NCBI GenBank assembly: GCA_951406725.2 | Contig: OX597817.1 | Coordinates: 77,314,001-77,378,000 of the forward strand | Length of the DNA stretch: 64,000 nt | Reading direction: 5' to 3' | From: Octopus vulgaris | Taxonomy: Eukaryota | Shown: positions 14,033 through 28,329 of the stretch, piece by piece | Numbering within the stretch: position 1 is the stretch's first letter | How the letters are laid out: each line of letters begins with the position of its first letter | Notes under the pieces: model-generated | The model's input: only the letters and a program-made list of their open reading frames with translations | What the model was told of the DNA's origin: nothing | Databases searched by the model: none | Made by a program: the position numbers and the translations under genes

Positions 14033-14240
14033 TATATGTAATATTGATATATTTATTTAATATATAATATATTGCACACACCTATATATGGATATGCCAT
14101 TAAAGAAACAAGAAGGGGAAAAAGAGAGGTACGAAGGATAAGAGGGAGAGCTTCCTTCACAAAATAACTAATTGATGAAAAAAAATTGAGATATCCTATA
14201 TTTAATTAAGATTCTTTTGTTTCAGTTTAATTTTATTTAT

Positions 14241-14319
14241 GGGGCGGGGTAGTGGATTTCCTCTAACCAGACTGCCAAGTCCAAGCCGCATAAACAAAAC
14301 AAAAACATTCTAAAAATAA
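14241..14319. promoter_or_regulatory. GC box plus consensus MEF2 site
   Basis: GGGGCGGGG at 14241-49 and CTAAAAATAA at 14310-19 in unique sequence. Confidence 0.3.
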
Positions 14320-14386
14320 TCATCCTCACTCTTAAATTCACTATCGAACATGCCACAAAAAAAAAGAAAGAAAATCCCTACAGTAT

Positions 14387-15050
<664 letters not shown>

Positions 15051-15098
15051 CATCATCATCATCATCGTTTAACGTCTGCTTTCCATGCTGGCATGGGT

Positions 15099-15270
15099 TG
15101 GACGGTTCAACTTGGGTCTGGGAAGCCCGAAGGCTGCACCAGGCCAGTCAGATGTGGCAGTGTTTCTACAGCTGGATGCCCTTCCTAACGCCAACCAGCT
15201 GTAGAAACACTGCCACATCTGACTGGCCTGGTGCAGCCTTCGGCTTCCCAGACCCCAGTTGAACCGTCCA
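15099..15270. repeat. Foldback inverted duplication of a family D fragment
   Basis: Arms are 15099-15175 and 15195-15270 with a 19-nt loop. Confidence 0.92.
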
Positions 15271-15279
15271 CATATATAC

Positions 15280-15314
<35 letters not shown>

Positions 15315-15372
15315 CATATATATATACATATATATATACATATATATATATACATATATACATACACACATA

Positions 15373-15404
<32 letters not shown>

Positions 15405-16247
15405 CATATATACATACACATATATATGCATATATATACATACACACATATATACATATATATATATTTTTGTGTTTGTGTACGTGTGTGTGTACACACA
15501 CATATATAACAGAAGTGTAGAAACAGCTGAAACTTGTGTTGTTTAGTTGCCATGGTTATATTAAGAGGATTTCTATTAAATTTTTTGGTGGTGTTAATGA
15601 TGGTGATTATGGTACCATTGGTACTGCTGTTAGTTTTGTGGGTATTGGCTGGGGTGGTAGCAGTGATAATAGCACTGGCAGTTGTAATGTAGGTGGTATT
15701 GGTAGTTCTCCTGGTGTAGTCAGAGATGGAGGAGTTAATGGTAGTAAAGGCTGGAGTGGAGGTCACATGGATAGTATTAGTGGTGCTGTTGGTAGTATTA
15801 TTGACAACGAAGTTGGAAGTGCTGTTAGTAATGGTGATGACAATGATGATGCTGGTGGTGGTGGTGGTGGTGGTGGTGGTATTTCGTGCTGCTGGTGATA
15901 TTGACACTATTGGTAATGTTGTTGTTGTTGATGGTGGATCTGTAGGTGGAGGTGGAGGAAACGATGAGATAAATTTCCCCCTGGAATTACCAGGCTGTCA
16001 CAAGTAACATATTAAGATAATCTGTATACATGTGCATAAAATTCACACACACACACACACACAATCACACTCACACATACTGTGGGGGAGTATTTTGATA
16101 ACGGGGATTTTATTTGTTTGTTTTTATATATATATATATTTTTTTAAAACAAATACACTGAGACTAAAAAAACTGAGACAACTAACCGTGAATTTTTTAA
16201 TTTTTCCAGTAGTATAATGTAACACAATATCACAGAACACACACACA

Positions 16248-16299
<52 letters not shown>

Positions 16300-17061
16300 C
16301 ACACATATATGCACGTACAGAAAGTACTTGTTACCATGAAAAATAATTAAAACATAGTTTGATTAATCAGGGCAGAAATCTAAGACTGCTGTGTTTGAAA
16401 AGTTAAAGCACGTTTGGTTACTCCACACCATCTGTACTACTACAAGCTACCAGTACCACCAGCACTACCACCAGTGCCACCACTACCATCTTGAATGGCA
16501 TCACCACTTCCAAATACAACAACATTAAACTGCGTTTAATTTTGTCGGCGAGTAACTTCAAACCTAATGGCCCTAAGTTTTGGTATTACATGGGTAGCAA
16601 TGAAAACCATTTCAAATATGTACAAATAATAATATTCGTTTCAAATTTTGGCACAAAGCCAGCATGATTATGATGATGATTATGATGAAGATGATGATGA
16701 TGATGTGGGAGGTGGTAGATATGAAGATGAAATGGAGAATGACATTGATGATTATGCACAAAGAAAGTATCTATGTTTTGTCACTGGTTACTGATCCCCC
16801 AGACATTGTGAAAAGAGGGCCTTTGGTGAAACAATTTGACTTGTGATTTAGAGGCAAGCATCATACACACAACGATTTTACTATGTACAAACATAACTTA
16901 GATTTTAAGAGATCAGTTTAATAAGATGTAAACCACACCAATCACACCACAAAAATGAACAATACATTATGTATATACATGGTTGATAGGTCAGTTACTG
17001 TGGTATTTGTCCAGAGATAACACATGTTATGGATGTGTGGCACAAAAAACAAAATAAACAA

Positions 17062-17098
<37 letters not shown>

Positions 17099-17164
17099 GA
17101 AAATTTGTCTAAGTAGTATTCAGCAAGAACATCTTTTTGGGCATTTTCAATGGCATGCACTTAC

Positions 17165-17234
17165 AGCCAGTCATTGCCTTTGTCATAGGGAAAAGTGAAT
17201 AAATTATTCACTGATGTTGCAAACCGCTGCCAAA
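17165..17234 (-). other. Candidate 70-nt non-coding 5'UTR exon of Mef2
   Basis: Apparently unique sequence bounded by ctatattttcattcAG and GTAAGTgcatg on the Mef2 strand. Confidence 0.5.
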
Positions 17235-17485
17235 CTGAATGAAAATATAGTATAAGCAATTGAAGCAGTGTTTAATTGTTAGCTATTGTGGGGATGAATT
17301 ATCATTTGATGATATTTATTGTTTTAAACACAAGACATCCATAACAGATGTTATCTCTGGACAAATACAACAGCAATTACCTTATCAATCATGTGTATAC
17401 ATTAACTATGATACATATTTTTTTATCATTTACTAGTTTCAGTCAATAGACTGTGGCCATGCTGGGGCACTTTCTTGAAAGATGG

Positions 17486-17860
17486 TTATTACCTCCACAT
17501 TAGCTAAGGCGGTGCTATTGTTTTCCTGTAATGTATGTTTGTTTGTTTGACTGTGGACAACATATCTCAAGAATCACAGGATGGATTCTGATGAAACGTT
17601 CAGGGATGTTTGACGTCGTGACTGGCACAAACTGATTAGATTTTTGATCGATCTGATACTAAACAAGGATTCTGGATTATTTTTTCTGTTTTTCTTACTT
17701 AATTTTTGAGAGTGGTCGGGTTAATTTTCTGCCTTTTCATTTGTGAGAGCAGTCAAGTTTATTTCAAATATTCTCATTTTAAAAATCATCTCTAGCTAAT
17801 CGCTGAGAGGATATTGGTATTGCCTTGGCAGAGGTTTGTGCTCTCTGAGTGCTCTTGTTT
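17486..17860 (+). mobile_element. Helentron-associated non-autonomous element (HINE/DINE-1-like)
   Basis: 5' ttattACCTCC with a nearby partial IR, a (gttt)n tract, a 3' subterminal ttggcagaggt, a small hairpin gtgctctctgagtgc and a T-rich end. Confidence 0.65.
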
Positions 17861-18437
17861 TAATTTAATATGGCCTCAGTTGTATATACTAAATTTCTAC
17901 ACATACACACACACATACACATTATATATATCTTTTGTAGATAATATTAATGAACACATATAAATTTTCTATGTTAAGGGCACTTTGGATGTCACCAGAA
18001 AAAGGAAATAAAAAGTGAATCTCATTAGTAGATGGGAGCAGGTGAAACAAAAGTGAAGTGGAGAGGCAATCAGCAGGGGTTGATGAATGAGATGAATAAA
18101 AAAAAAATTAAAATAATGATGATGATGATGATGATTTAAATTTTTCTTTTAATTATAATGATCATGATGATGAGGACAACAAGAATTAAGAGGCAGATGA
18201 TAATGGTAATGATGATGAAGAGGAGGAAAAGGCGGCAGCAGAGGTAGAGAGTTGATGGTGGTGGTGGTGGTAGTGGGGACAAGGATGACAATGACAACAA
18301 TGAAGGCAGTGCAGGTATAGGTGATGACAACAATGATGACGATGACAACAACGATAATAATCACAACAACAATGATGGCAGTGACAGTGGTGGTGGTGAT
18401 GACTGGCTATATATATGTGCATGTGTGCATATATATG

Positions 18438-18512
<75 letters not shown>

Positions 18513-18729
18513 TTATATATATATATTTATATATATATATGTATATATATACATGTATATGTATATATATATATATACATATATATGTATATATATATAT
18601 GTATATATGTACATGTATATACATACATATATGTACATGCACATATATATGTATATATGTATATATGTATATATGTATATGTACATATATATATATATAC
18701 ATATATATGTACATGTATATACATATATA

Positions 18730-18765
<36 letters not shown>

Positions 18766-18923
18766 TGTGTACATGTATATACATATGTGCATATTTATAT
18801 ATATATGCATACACAAATATATGCACATACATACATGCATGATATATATATACATATATATATATGTACATATATATAGAGAGAGAGAGAAAGAGAAAAA
18901 GAGAGAGAAAGATAGATAAATGG

Positions 18924-18993
<70 letters not shown>

Positions 18994-19156
18994 CTATAAC
19001 AATTATCATGATGATGAGAATATATAGAAAGTGGTTGAACTTAATATATCACAGTTTTAAAAAAAATAGGAAGAGAAACAAAAATCCCCAAAAATCTGTT
19101 TGGCAAAAGTAAAATGAATATATAAAAAATTAAATCATGAAAAAACTATGGATATG

Positions 19157-19219
<63 letters not shown>

Positions 19220-19277
19220 ATGGATATATCCATAGCTCTATATTTATTTATTTTTATATATGTAAAATCATACTTAC

Positions 19278-19402
19278 AGACGTCAAATATTCCGAAGAAG
19301 GTTGCACTGATTACTACGACAAGAAGAAAAAAAGAGTAGACACTGAATATATCTGCATGTTCAAAGCAGCGAGTCTGTCTATCATGCAATCTTTACAGCA
19401 AG
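19278..19402 (-). other. Candidate upstream non-coding exon
   Basis: Consensus donor GTAAGTAT at 19277-19270 in unique CpG-containing sequence. Possible acceptor cattagtttgtgcAG at 19404-19403. The 5' boundary is uncertain. Confidence 0.35.
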
Positions 19403-19486
19403 CTGCACAAACTAATGTTTTGTGACTTTTTAAATTTCCTATGTCATGTTACTGCTACTGCTACTATAATTATTATTATTATTATG

Positions 19487-19530
<44 letters not shown>

Positions 19531-20029
19531 CATTATTAACATCATGGCTCTATATATATACCATTAACTAATGACACAAGGACATTTGAGAACTTTTCCC
19601 TTAAAAAAACCTGTGGATTTCTTATTTTAACTCATGCTCATTAAATTCATCTCGAAAAATCCTTTAACTTCACTGATTTTATGAATTCCTACAGCAATTA
19701 CTTGAGTAAATGTATACATACACATGCTCACTTATATATACATATTCATATATATGCATGTGTTTGTATATATATATATATATATATATATATGGTTAAT
19801 GAGTTTTGGCTGATAACTGATGGTGGGTGAGAAAGCATGTTCACGTCTTGTGTGTTTTTTTCCACGTGTTTCTTTACCATCCGCTTGTGCAAAGTTTTCT
19901 GCTGAAGAATGCAATGCACTGCCCAGAATCAAACCGAGAATTAATGACTGCAAGCCTAACACTCTAACCGTTAGACCAAGTGTCTTAACATTTCACATTC
20001 TACTAGTGCGCACCCTTTATTTAATTTAA

Positions 20030-20252
20030 TCCTTTTGTTAAAGCATTTCAATTGAAACACTACTTTCCTGGCAGTTCATTTTGAAAATAAAGAAAACGAT
20101 AGTAAAATAAATTTGGTTGTAATGAAGTTGATGTTTAAAACATAAATTAACATGAAATTTTTAGTGGCAAGTTTTAATTCGCGTCAGTTTTCAAACAAGA
20201 AGCCTGTACCTTAGAACCAAGGCCAGTCTCAGGCGGTTCGGTTTGAAGAGGG
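20030..20252. mobile_element. TTAA-flanked piggyBac-like MITE
   Basis: ttaa|tccttttg...gaagaggg|ttaa, with internal similarity to 4420-4630. Confidence 0.6.
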
Positions 20253-21856
20253 TTAAAACTTCATTGTGCATTCTGGAGAGGACTTACACTCAATTTAAAG
20301 CCTTCATCTCAGACGACTGATAACAATATTTGCCAAAGATCAAAATTGAAATTTGTAAAATAGCGAAGTTGTATAACTTTGTTAAAATGGGGGGAAAAAA
20401 ATATTAATTTTTAAAAGTATTTTAGTCCAATGTTTTTCCTTTTTATTTCAAAATAACTCAAGAATTTAAACAAAATTAAAAATGAAATCATTTGATGAGC
20501 ATTTTACGTTACTGTGTCCCTTGATGAACAAGGAACAATCTTAAAGAAATAGGGCTGTAGAAATCTAAAACAGAGTCCAAGTGTCTTGAATATACCAATA
20601 TATCAATCACTGAAGTAATTGTAAAGAACATACTACCATATAAGAAAGCAAATACTTTGAATATGTACATATGTACATATACATGTATGTGTATATACAT
20701 TTATATGTATATGTTTTTACTGATTCATAGAATGTATATTAAAAAACTATTTTACAAAATATAACTTTGATTTAAGATATTTTGAAGCAGAGGAATTCCT
20801 AAATAGTTTGAACACATTTTGAAAGCCTAAGCAAACCAGTTTCTTTCTTCATTTTGCATTTTCCTAGTTCACTTATTGTGTTGAAAGTGGAGTTTCTCCT
20901 GGAGTGTAATTTTGTGTCCGTCTGTGCTTGTGCACACACACACACATATACACACACATACATACACACACACACATGCGCACACACACACACAAAGCAA
21001 AACGTGAAGATTGTTCGAGAACTTAATCATCAAAAAAGGTGTTCACATTTAAGGCATAAGATGCTACCGATGCTAAGAGAATATAGTCATGTAAATAGAA
21101 AGGGAGAAATGAAGTGAATTGAATTAGCAACCGGTAGCACAGCCTACTGTAAAATGATGCCTCAATGTTATGAATTTGTTGAACCTATGTTAGCATGGAA
21201 AAACAGATGTAGAATGAATGAATGAATGAATGAGAAAGTGATATATGCAGATGGCATTTTCAGCTTCAATATTTCTCCTGAATACACTTTATATTTGCTT
21301 GTTATGCATGAGCATAATTTTGCATGTATTTATTATATATATACTCAGATGCTGTATCAATTCTGACAATACAAAGATATATCTTAATTCTTGTTGCAAA
21401 GCAAACAATCAATACTAGTCATTGAGTAATTACCTCCCTTTACATTTATTTTTTTTTTACCTTGGCACAAGTATATCTCACATTATCCAAAGTTCTATAT
21501 CTCATGCCACAATCTTTCCAGTGAAAATGATAGAGTCATCACTCACTGTCCAAACTCCAGCAGAATAACTGTGAATATTTGCATAAAACCTATGGTAGCA
21601 AACATATTGGGAACTCATTCTTCCAGTATATATGAAATCTTGTGTGTGTGTGTGTATGCATGCATTTGTTTGCATATTTCTGAGTATATATATGTGTATG
21701 TCTATACATGGATATGCATAGATATCTGTACATCTCTCTCTCTCTACATACATATATATATCCATACATACATGTATGTGTGTGTGTGTGTGTGTGTGTG
21801 CGTGTGTATGTTTATATATATATATAGGCAAATAGATAGATAGATATGCATAAGTA

Positions 21857-21941
<85 letters not shown>

Positions 21942-21980
21942 GTTTATACATGTGTCATATAATATATATATATACATACA

Positions 21981-22055
<75 letters not shown>

Positions 22056-22365
22056 GTGTATATATATGTATATGGTGGTCATTATTTCGAAATGTCACTA
22101 GCATGTACGAGCCCAGTGGGATGCAAACATAGCGTTTGAATGATAATCTTTGCTCCCATTGTTAATGTTATTATTGCTGCTAATACATTACAGCCAATGA
22201 TAACCTTTTGCTGAAATAAGTTCATTCACAAACTTGTTTCAGTAAAAGGTTGATGTCATTTCTTTCTCCCTTACAGTAATATACTCCATGAGAAATATTT
22301 GCATATGAATATCTCATTTTTTCTTCTTCCCGCCTACATACATTTAACTTGTCTATAGTTGACAC

Positions 22366-22398
<33 letters not shown>

Positions 22399-22814
22399 TG
22401 ATAATAATCATGCTTAGCGGTATTTCGTCTGCCTTAGCGGCATTTCTGAGTTCAAATTCCACTGAGGTTGACTTTGCCTTTCATCCTTTCAGGGTCGATG
22501 AAATAAGTACCAGTTGAACACTGAGGTTGATATAATCGACCAGACTCCTCCCCACAAATTATTATCATCATCATTATAATATTAAGGTACAAGCTGACAG
22601 AATCATTAGCAAATCTGGAAAAATGTTTCACAGCATTCCATCCATCTGCATGGTCTGTGTTCAAATTCCAACAAGGTCAAATTTGCCTTCCATCCTTTTG
22701 AAGTCGATAATTTAAGTACCAGTGAAACACTGGGGTTCAATGTAATTGATTTGTCCCCTCCCTGCAAAATTTCAGGCCTTGTACCTTTAGTAGAAAGGAT
22801 TATTACAATTATTG

Positions 22815-23342
22815 TTGAGTAGAGAGCAGTGCATGCCATCAAAGTCACACTGAGGTAAAATATGCAAAGCCCTGTATAGCCAGCATGACAACCCATCTGA
22901 GAAGGGTACATGAGGCACATGCATCACAACCATATGTGCACAACGTGGTGATCTCATATCAAGATAAACAGTGCACGACCTTGCAGGTGGAGCCCAGTTA
23001 GAATTTTCTTCAGGTCAAGCAGCCCATTCTGTTCTAAAGGTCCCTGAATAAGGGTCGTTTTTCGTTTCCAGAAAAAAATTATTCAAACCTCAAAGAATTT
23101 CTCTCAACACATGGCTATGATGCTCCCCCACTACATCTGATCATGATCAGAAATGCACATATCGTCAGCTACTAAGGGACATGCTCATCTGGGTAAGGTC
23201 ACAAGCAAATCTGTGGTATTGAGCAGAATATTTGTTGCATACCATCTTTTATACCAAGACAAAACATGTACATGACAATACTTCCAATCAGTTAAGGTGA
23301 GAAACCATGAAAGTCAGTACCTAGTACTGCATCAGTGAATTT
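22815..23342. repeat. Interspersed repeat family E, copy 1
   Basis: Co-linear with 42148-42709, shares both ends, and ends in (ATT)n. Confidence 0.85.
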
Positions 23343-23344
23343 AC

Positions 23345-23376
<32 letters not shown>

Positions 23377-23424
23377 GTATTATCATATTATCATATTATT
23401 ATCATTATCATATTATTATTATCA

Positions 23425-23457
<33 letters not shown>

Positions 23458-24515
23458 CATCATATTATTATTATTATCATATTATTATTATCGTCATCAT
23501 CATATTATTATTATTATTATTATTATTTAGTGCTGGTGCCACAAAAAAAAAAAAGCACTGATGATGGTGCCACATAAATAGCAGCTTGTACACTCTGTAA
23601 AGTGGTTGGCATTAGGAAGGGCATCCAGCTGTAGAAATCAAGTGAAAACAGACTATGGAAACTTGTGTGGCTCCTGGCCTTGTCAGTTGCTTTCAAGCAT
23701 CCAACCCATGCCAGCATGGAAACCAGACATTAAATGATGATGATGATGATTGTTACTATTATTCCATGGAATACGAATAAGTTTCTAGCGAGACAAAACT
23801 GCAAGAGCAATTATAACTTCTCAGTCAGATCCGCTTTATTTTATTGTGAATGCCCCTCAGGGAGATGAACAAACAGCTGATCTTCCCCCCTGAAAAAAAA
23901 AACAAACTGAAACAAAACAAAACAAAAAAACACATCCCACTCTAATGCTGACATAAACTGTTTTTCCCCGGTTGTATGTTGGAAAACATTCAAAAGCCTC
24001 AGCTGGAGTTTTGAAATGTTTGGATATTATTTAATTTCATTTGAAAATTCAATGTAAACCTAATTTGATATGGTTTATTTGAAACATAAAAGATGAGGTG
24101 AAATTCCGGTATAAAAAAACATAATGCTAGTTTTAGCACCTGTTGATCACCAAATGCCTTTTTAATTAGTTTTATCTCTCTTTACTTTCTGTTTTACACT
24201 CATCTCTTTCTTTCTCTCTCTCTCTCTCCCTCACTCCCCATCTCTCATACTCTTTCTTTTTCTCTATCACACTCTCTTTACTTTGCTACTCTCTGTCTTT
24301 CTATCACCAATTCTATCGTCAGTCTAAACTAAATGAATCTCAAAGTCAATGAGAAGAGGAGAGAGTGAGAGGGAGAGGGAGAGGGAGAGAGAGGGAGACA
24401 GAAAGGGAGAGAAAGAGGGAGAGAGAGGGGAAGATAGATAGAGAGAGAGGTGGGAGAGCTTCAACAGAGTAACATGACCTTCTATACATAATAAAGAAAT
24501 TTTTCCTCACATGAA

Positions 24516-24936
24516 TCTTACTATCTTCTATATTAATAAATGCAGAATTCTGCTTGTCCATCTGTCCAGGACACCAGTATTTCAGTCTATATTTGCTCTA
24601 CATAGACATATTATACCATTTTGGAATCAGGATGATCCAGGGGATTGAAAATTTGCCCTTCATTTTGTTCTTGAACTTCCAGTTTTGGGATCAGGTCTAA
24701 CTGCTGATCTGTTATATATACTAACAGTTGAAAAATTCAAATTTTAAAAGAACTCAGAAAATTTGTGAACTAACAAGTTTTTCATTTAAAGTGAATTTAA
24801 AGTAATACAATATTGGTAGGATACCTATAAATGCTTTATTATTATTGCCCTCCATAGTTTTGGACTGCAGGCGGCCCTATTAGCCCTTCACAGGAACTAG
24901 CTTAAAAGTCACACTATGTGTGGACTTTTGAGCTAG
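24516..24936 (+). mobile_element. Non-autonomous Helitron-like element
   Basis: 5' end a|TCttactatcttctatattaataaa; 3' end is a hairpin (24896-24937) terminating CTAG|t. No TSD. Confidence 0.5.
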
Positions 24937-25371
24937 TATAAAATAAGACATATTGAATAATGTACTCCTAGACTCAATCTTCTTGAAAAGACAAAAGCTT
25001 TATGAGGTATAGATGATAGATGAATAAAGCTTGAAAGCCCTGCATCATGGGTCTAACTGAATCAAGTTTTACCTTAGGTTAAATAACAGAAAGTGAAAAT
25101 CTTCATACTCCCATGTATCATGTTGAAAATGGTTTGGAGAGAAGTAAATATTATGTAACAGTAATTACTAGAGCAAAAGTTTGGTTGCCTCTCCACCTCC
25201 ATCTCCACCCCACCCCACTCCACCCTACAAAACCAGCTTCCAACAACAGAATTATTACAGAAACAAAACACAACAAAACATCTCTCATTCTCTACATGTA
25301 AACACACAGACACACTACATCAGTATGACATGTCCACAGTAACATGTCCAAACATATCTTTAAATGTTGAC

Positions 25372-25489
<118 letters not shown>

Positions 25490-25593
25490 CATATGTGTGT
25501 GCATATATATATATTCCAATTGTTTGTATGAAACAAATACAGCAGTTGTCTGAAACAGCAAAATGAAATCAAAGAATTTCCAACAATGGATAT

Positions 25594-25644
<51 letters not shown>

Positions 25645-25965
25645 CATACACACACACACACTTAGATATTAGGGCCTGATGTTTTATATTACCTTAAACA
25701 CTTGTACATCAATAACGCATTCTGACCCAGATGTGAAGAAGGACATCTTTGGGGTCTTTGGGGGAAGGCAAAAATATAGGAATAAACCCAAATATACAAA
25801 CAAAGTCACTGTCACCACTCTTCTTGCAAAAATGACAATAAATATGTACTCTTTAAAAAGCATTGGGTAATCTTTCAGTTTGAAGTAAAATTGTTTTTTA
25901 TTGTAACTCAGCATAAAAACAAACATTAATATATAGATATATTTTTATATGTAAACATGCACACA

Positions 25966-26003
<38 letters not shown>

Positions 26004-26048
26004 GACATAGTCGGTTATGTTCGGGTCACTGTTTAAAATCTTACATGC

Positions 26049-26152
26049 TTAAAATTTTATCTGATGACGGTGGATTATTTATTATGATGTAATCATTTTA
26101 TGGCTGCATTAAATAAGTAAAACACTGTCGAAACAGCTGTTGTAAATTTTAA
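26049..26152 (+). ncRNA. Type I hammerhead ribozyme with long helix II and palindromic helix III
   Basis: ttaaaattttat-CTGATGA(26061-67)-about 62-nt hairpin-GAAA(26130-33)-cagctg-T-T-gtaaattttaa. ACAGCTGT is an 8-nt palindrome. Triplet is GUU. Helix I arms are complementary with one bulge and one G-U. Confidence 0.7.
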
Positions 26153-26195
26153 ATGCCACTTGTGTTTACTTCATATATATATATATATATATATA

Positions 26196-26226
<31 letters not shown>

Positions 26227-26489
26227 GTATAAATATATGTTTCTGTATTTTTTTTTTTTTTTTTTTGGTACTTGTTTCAGTCATTTGACTGCGGCCATGC
26301 TGGAGCACCGCCTTTAGAGTGGTGAAAGAGTACAGCAGGGATCACCACCTCCTGCCGGAGCCTCGTAGAGCTTTTAGGTGTTTTTTTCGCTCAATAAACA
26401 CACACAACGCCCGGTCTGGGAATCGAAACCGCGATCCTCCGACCGCAAGTCCGCTGCCCTAACCACTGGGCCATTTTTTTTAAAAATCT

Positions 26490-26703
26490 TATCTAGTTTC
26501 AGCTCACGAGCTGTGGCCATGCTGGGGCACCGCCATTTGGTGATGCTACATGATTTTACTTCACGAATGCTTTTTAGCAACTGCCATTTGGTGCATGAGA
26601 GAGTTCGATGCAGCTGCCCTCATCTGCACTTCCTGCCGTGAAGTTGGTTCATTCGGGACACCTGACAGGAAGAGATCCAGTCCTACTTTAAAGACATCCG
26701 CAT
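26490..26703 (-). mobile_element. 3' end of a CR1/L2-like LINE (ORF2 C-terminus plus tail)
   Basis: Translates to [39 protein letters not shown], then the tail cggtgccccagcatggccacagctc...gagctgaaac. Confidence 0.7.
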
Positions 26704-26725
26704 ACACACACACACACACACACAC

Positions 26726-26870
<145 letters not shown>

Positions 26871-27455
26871 GTATATATATATATGCATACATATATATAT
26901 ATACAAGTTTCTTTGCTATAGCCCTGGGCCAACTGAAGCCTCATGAATAGAACTGGTAGACAGAAGCTGAAAGAAGCCTCTATGTGTATGTATATGTGCA
27001 TGTGTGTACATGTGCGTGTGAGTATTTACTCTTGCACTTCTCAAAAAATTGCTAGGTACAAGCAGTGACATTGTGGTCATTTTCCTCAGTCAATAAATAG
27101 TTTGTTAGCTTTGTGTCTTTGAAGGTGTGTGAAATATTAGATCCCTTAACCTCCAGCTTGTAAAAATTTATAAGGGTTAGTAATACAAAGGGTCTTACAG
27201 CTCTATGAAAATACAATGCCTTAATAATATATTTATGTAACCACACATAATTGGGAAAAAAATGAAAATGAATGAAAAAACAAATGGTTATACAAACATT
27301 GTATATACATAGATACATATATATGTATGTGTGTGCATATATATATATATATGTATGTATATATATATATATATATATACATATACACACACACACATAC
27401 CTATGCATATATATATATATATATGAATGTATGTATGAATGTGTTTGTGTGTGTA

Positions 27456-27490
<35 letters not shown>

Positions 27491-28329
27491 TCAAACACTG
27501 AAAGGGAAGAATAAAATGAGCAAGGCAGCTAGCTAGACAGAAAAATCAACCACCTATCTTTTGAATTACTGCCAATTTTTCAAGAAAAAATACAATAACA
27601 AAATTGCGAAGAAATGGCTAATATTGTTTGGAGGTCCAGTAGCTTGACTGCTCAAAGCAATCAGCAGAAAGATATTGAGTGAGTGCAATACCAATTATGT
27701 TCAATCGTTAATTTGATTGTAAACAGTTAGATATAATTGATTTATAAGTTAATTTGGGGGAGAATTTTTTTTTTTTTTATTCTTTGCATAGTGTGTTTTG
27801 TTTGTTTGCTTGCTGAACACATGTAGCTTGTCTGTTGTTGTTTATTTATTTTTTTTTTTTCATATATAAGGTACGAAACTAAAGAAACATTTTTCTTCTT
27901 TTTTTTTGTTTTGTAGCTTTCATGAAATGAAAAACAAATGATTTGGAAAAAGGAATATTATGATGCAGAAGATGGTAATGATGATGATAAGGAGGATGAT
28001 AATGATGATGATGATGATGAAGTGGATCTTGATAATGATGATGATTGATGATGATGATGATGAGTGGGAGGAGGAGGTGGAAGAGAAGGATGGAGAAGAG
28101 GATATTCATGATGATGATGATGATGAGTAGGAGGAAGAAGTAGAAGAGAACAACAATGATGATGATGATGATGGCAATGATGAAGTGGAGGGTATAAAGA
28201 TGAGGAAGAGAAGGATGGTGATCATGATGATGATAATTAGGAGGAGAAGGAGGAGGGGTAGGCAAATTTATAGTAATGTTAATGATAGTGATGCAGATAA
28301 TGAGGAGAATGGTAGAAAGAAGCATCTGT

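Noticed and set aside
15536-16007. Gly/Ser/Val-rich (+) and Thr-rich (-) ORFs
   Set aside because: Degenerate GGT/GAT trinucleotide tract with no domain or splice support. The same applies to 18115-18400, 27960-28320 and 52280-52740.
17588-17600. ctgatgaaacgtt resembling a hammerhead core
   Set aside because: No helix II between CUGAUGA and GAAA; it is part of the HINE-like element.
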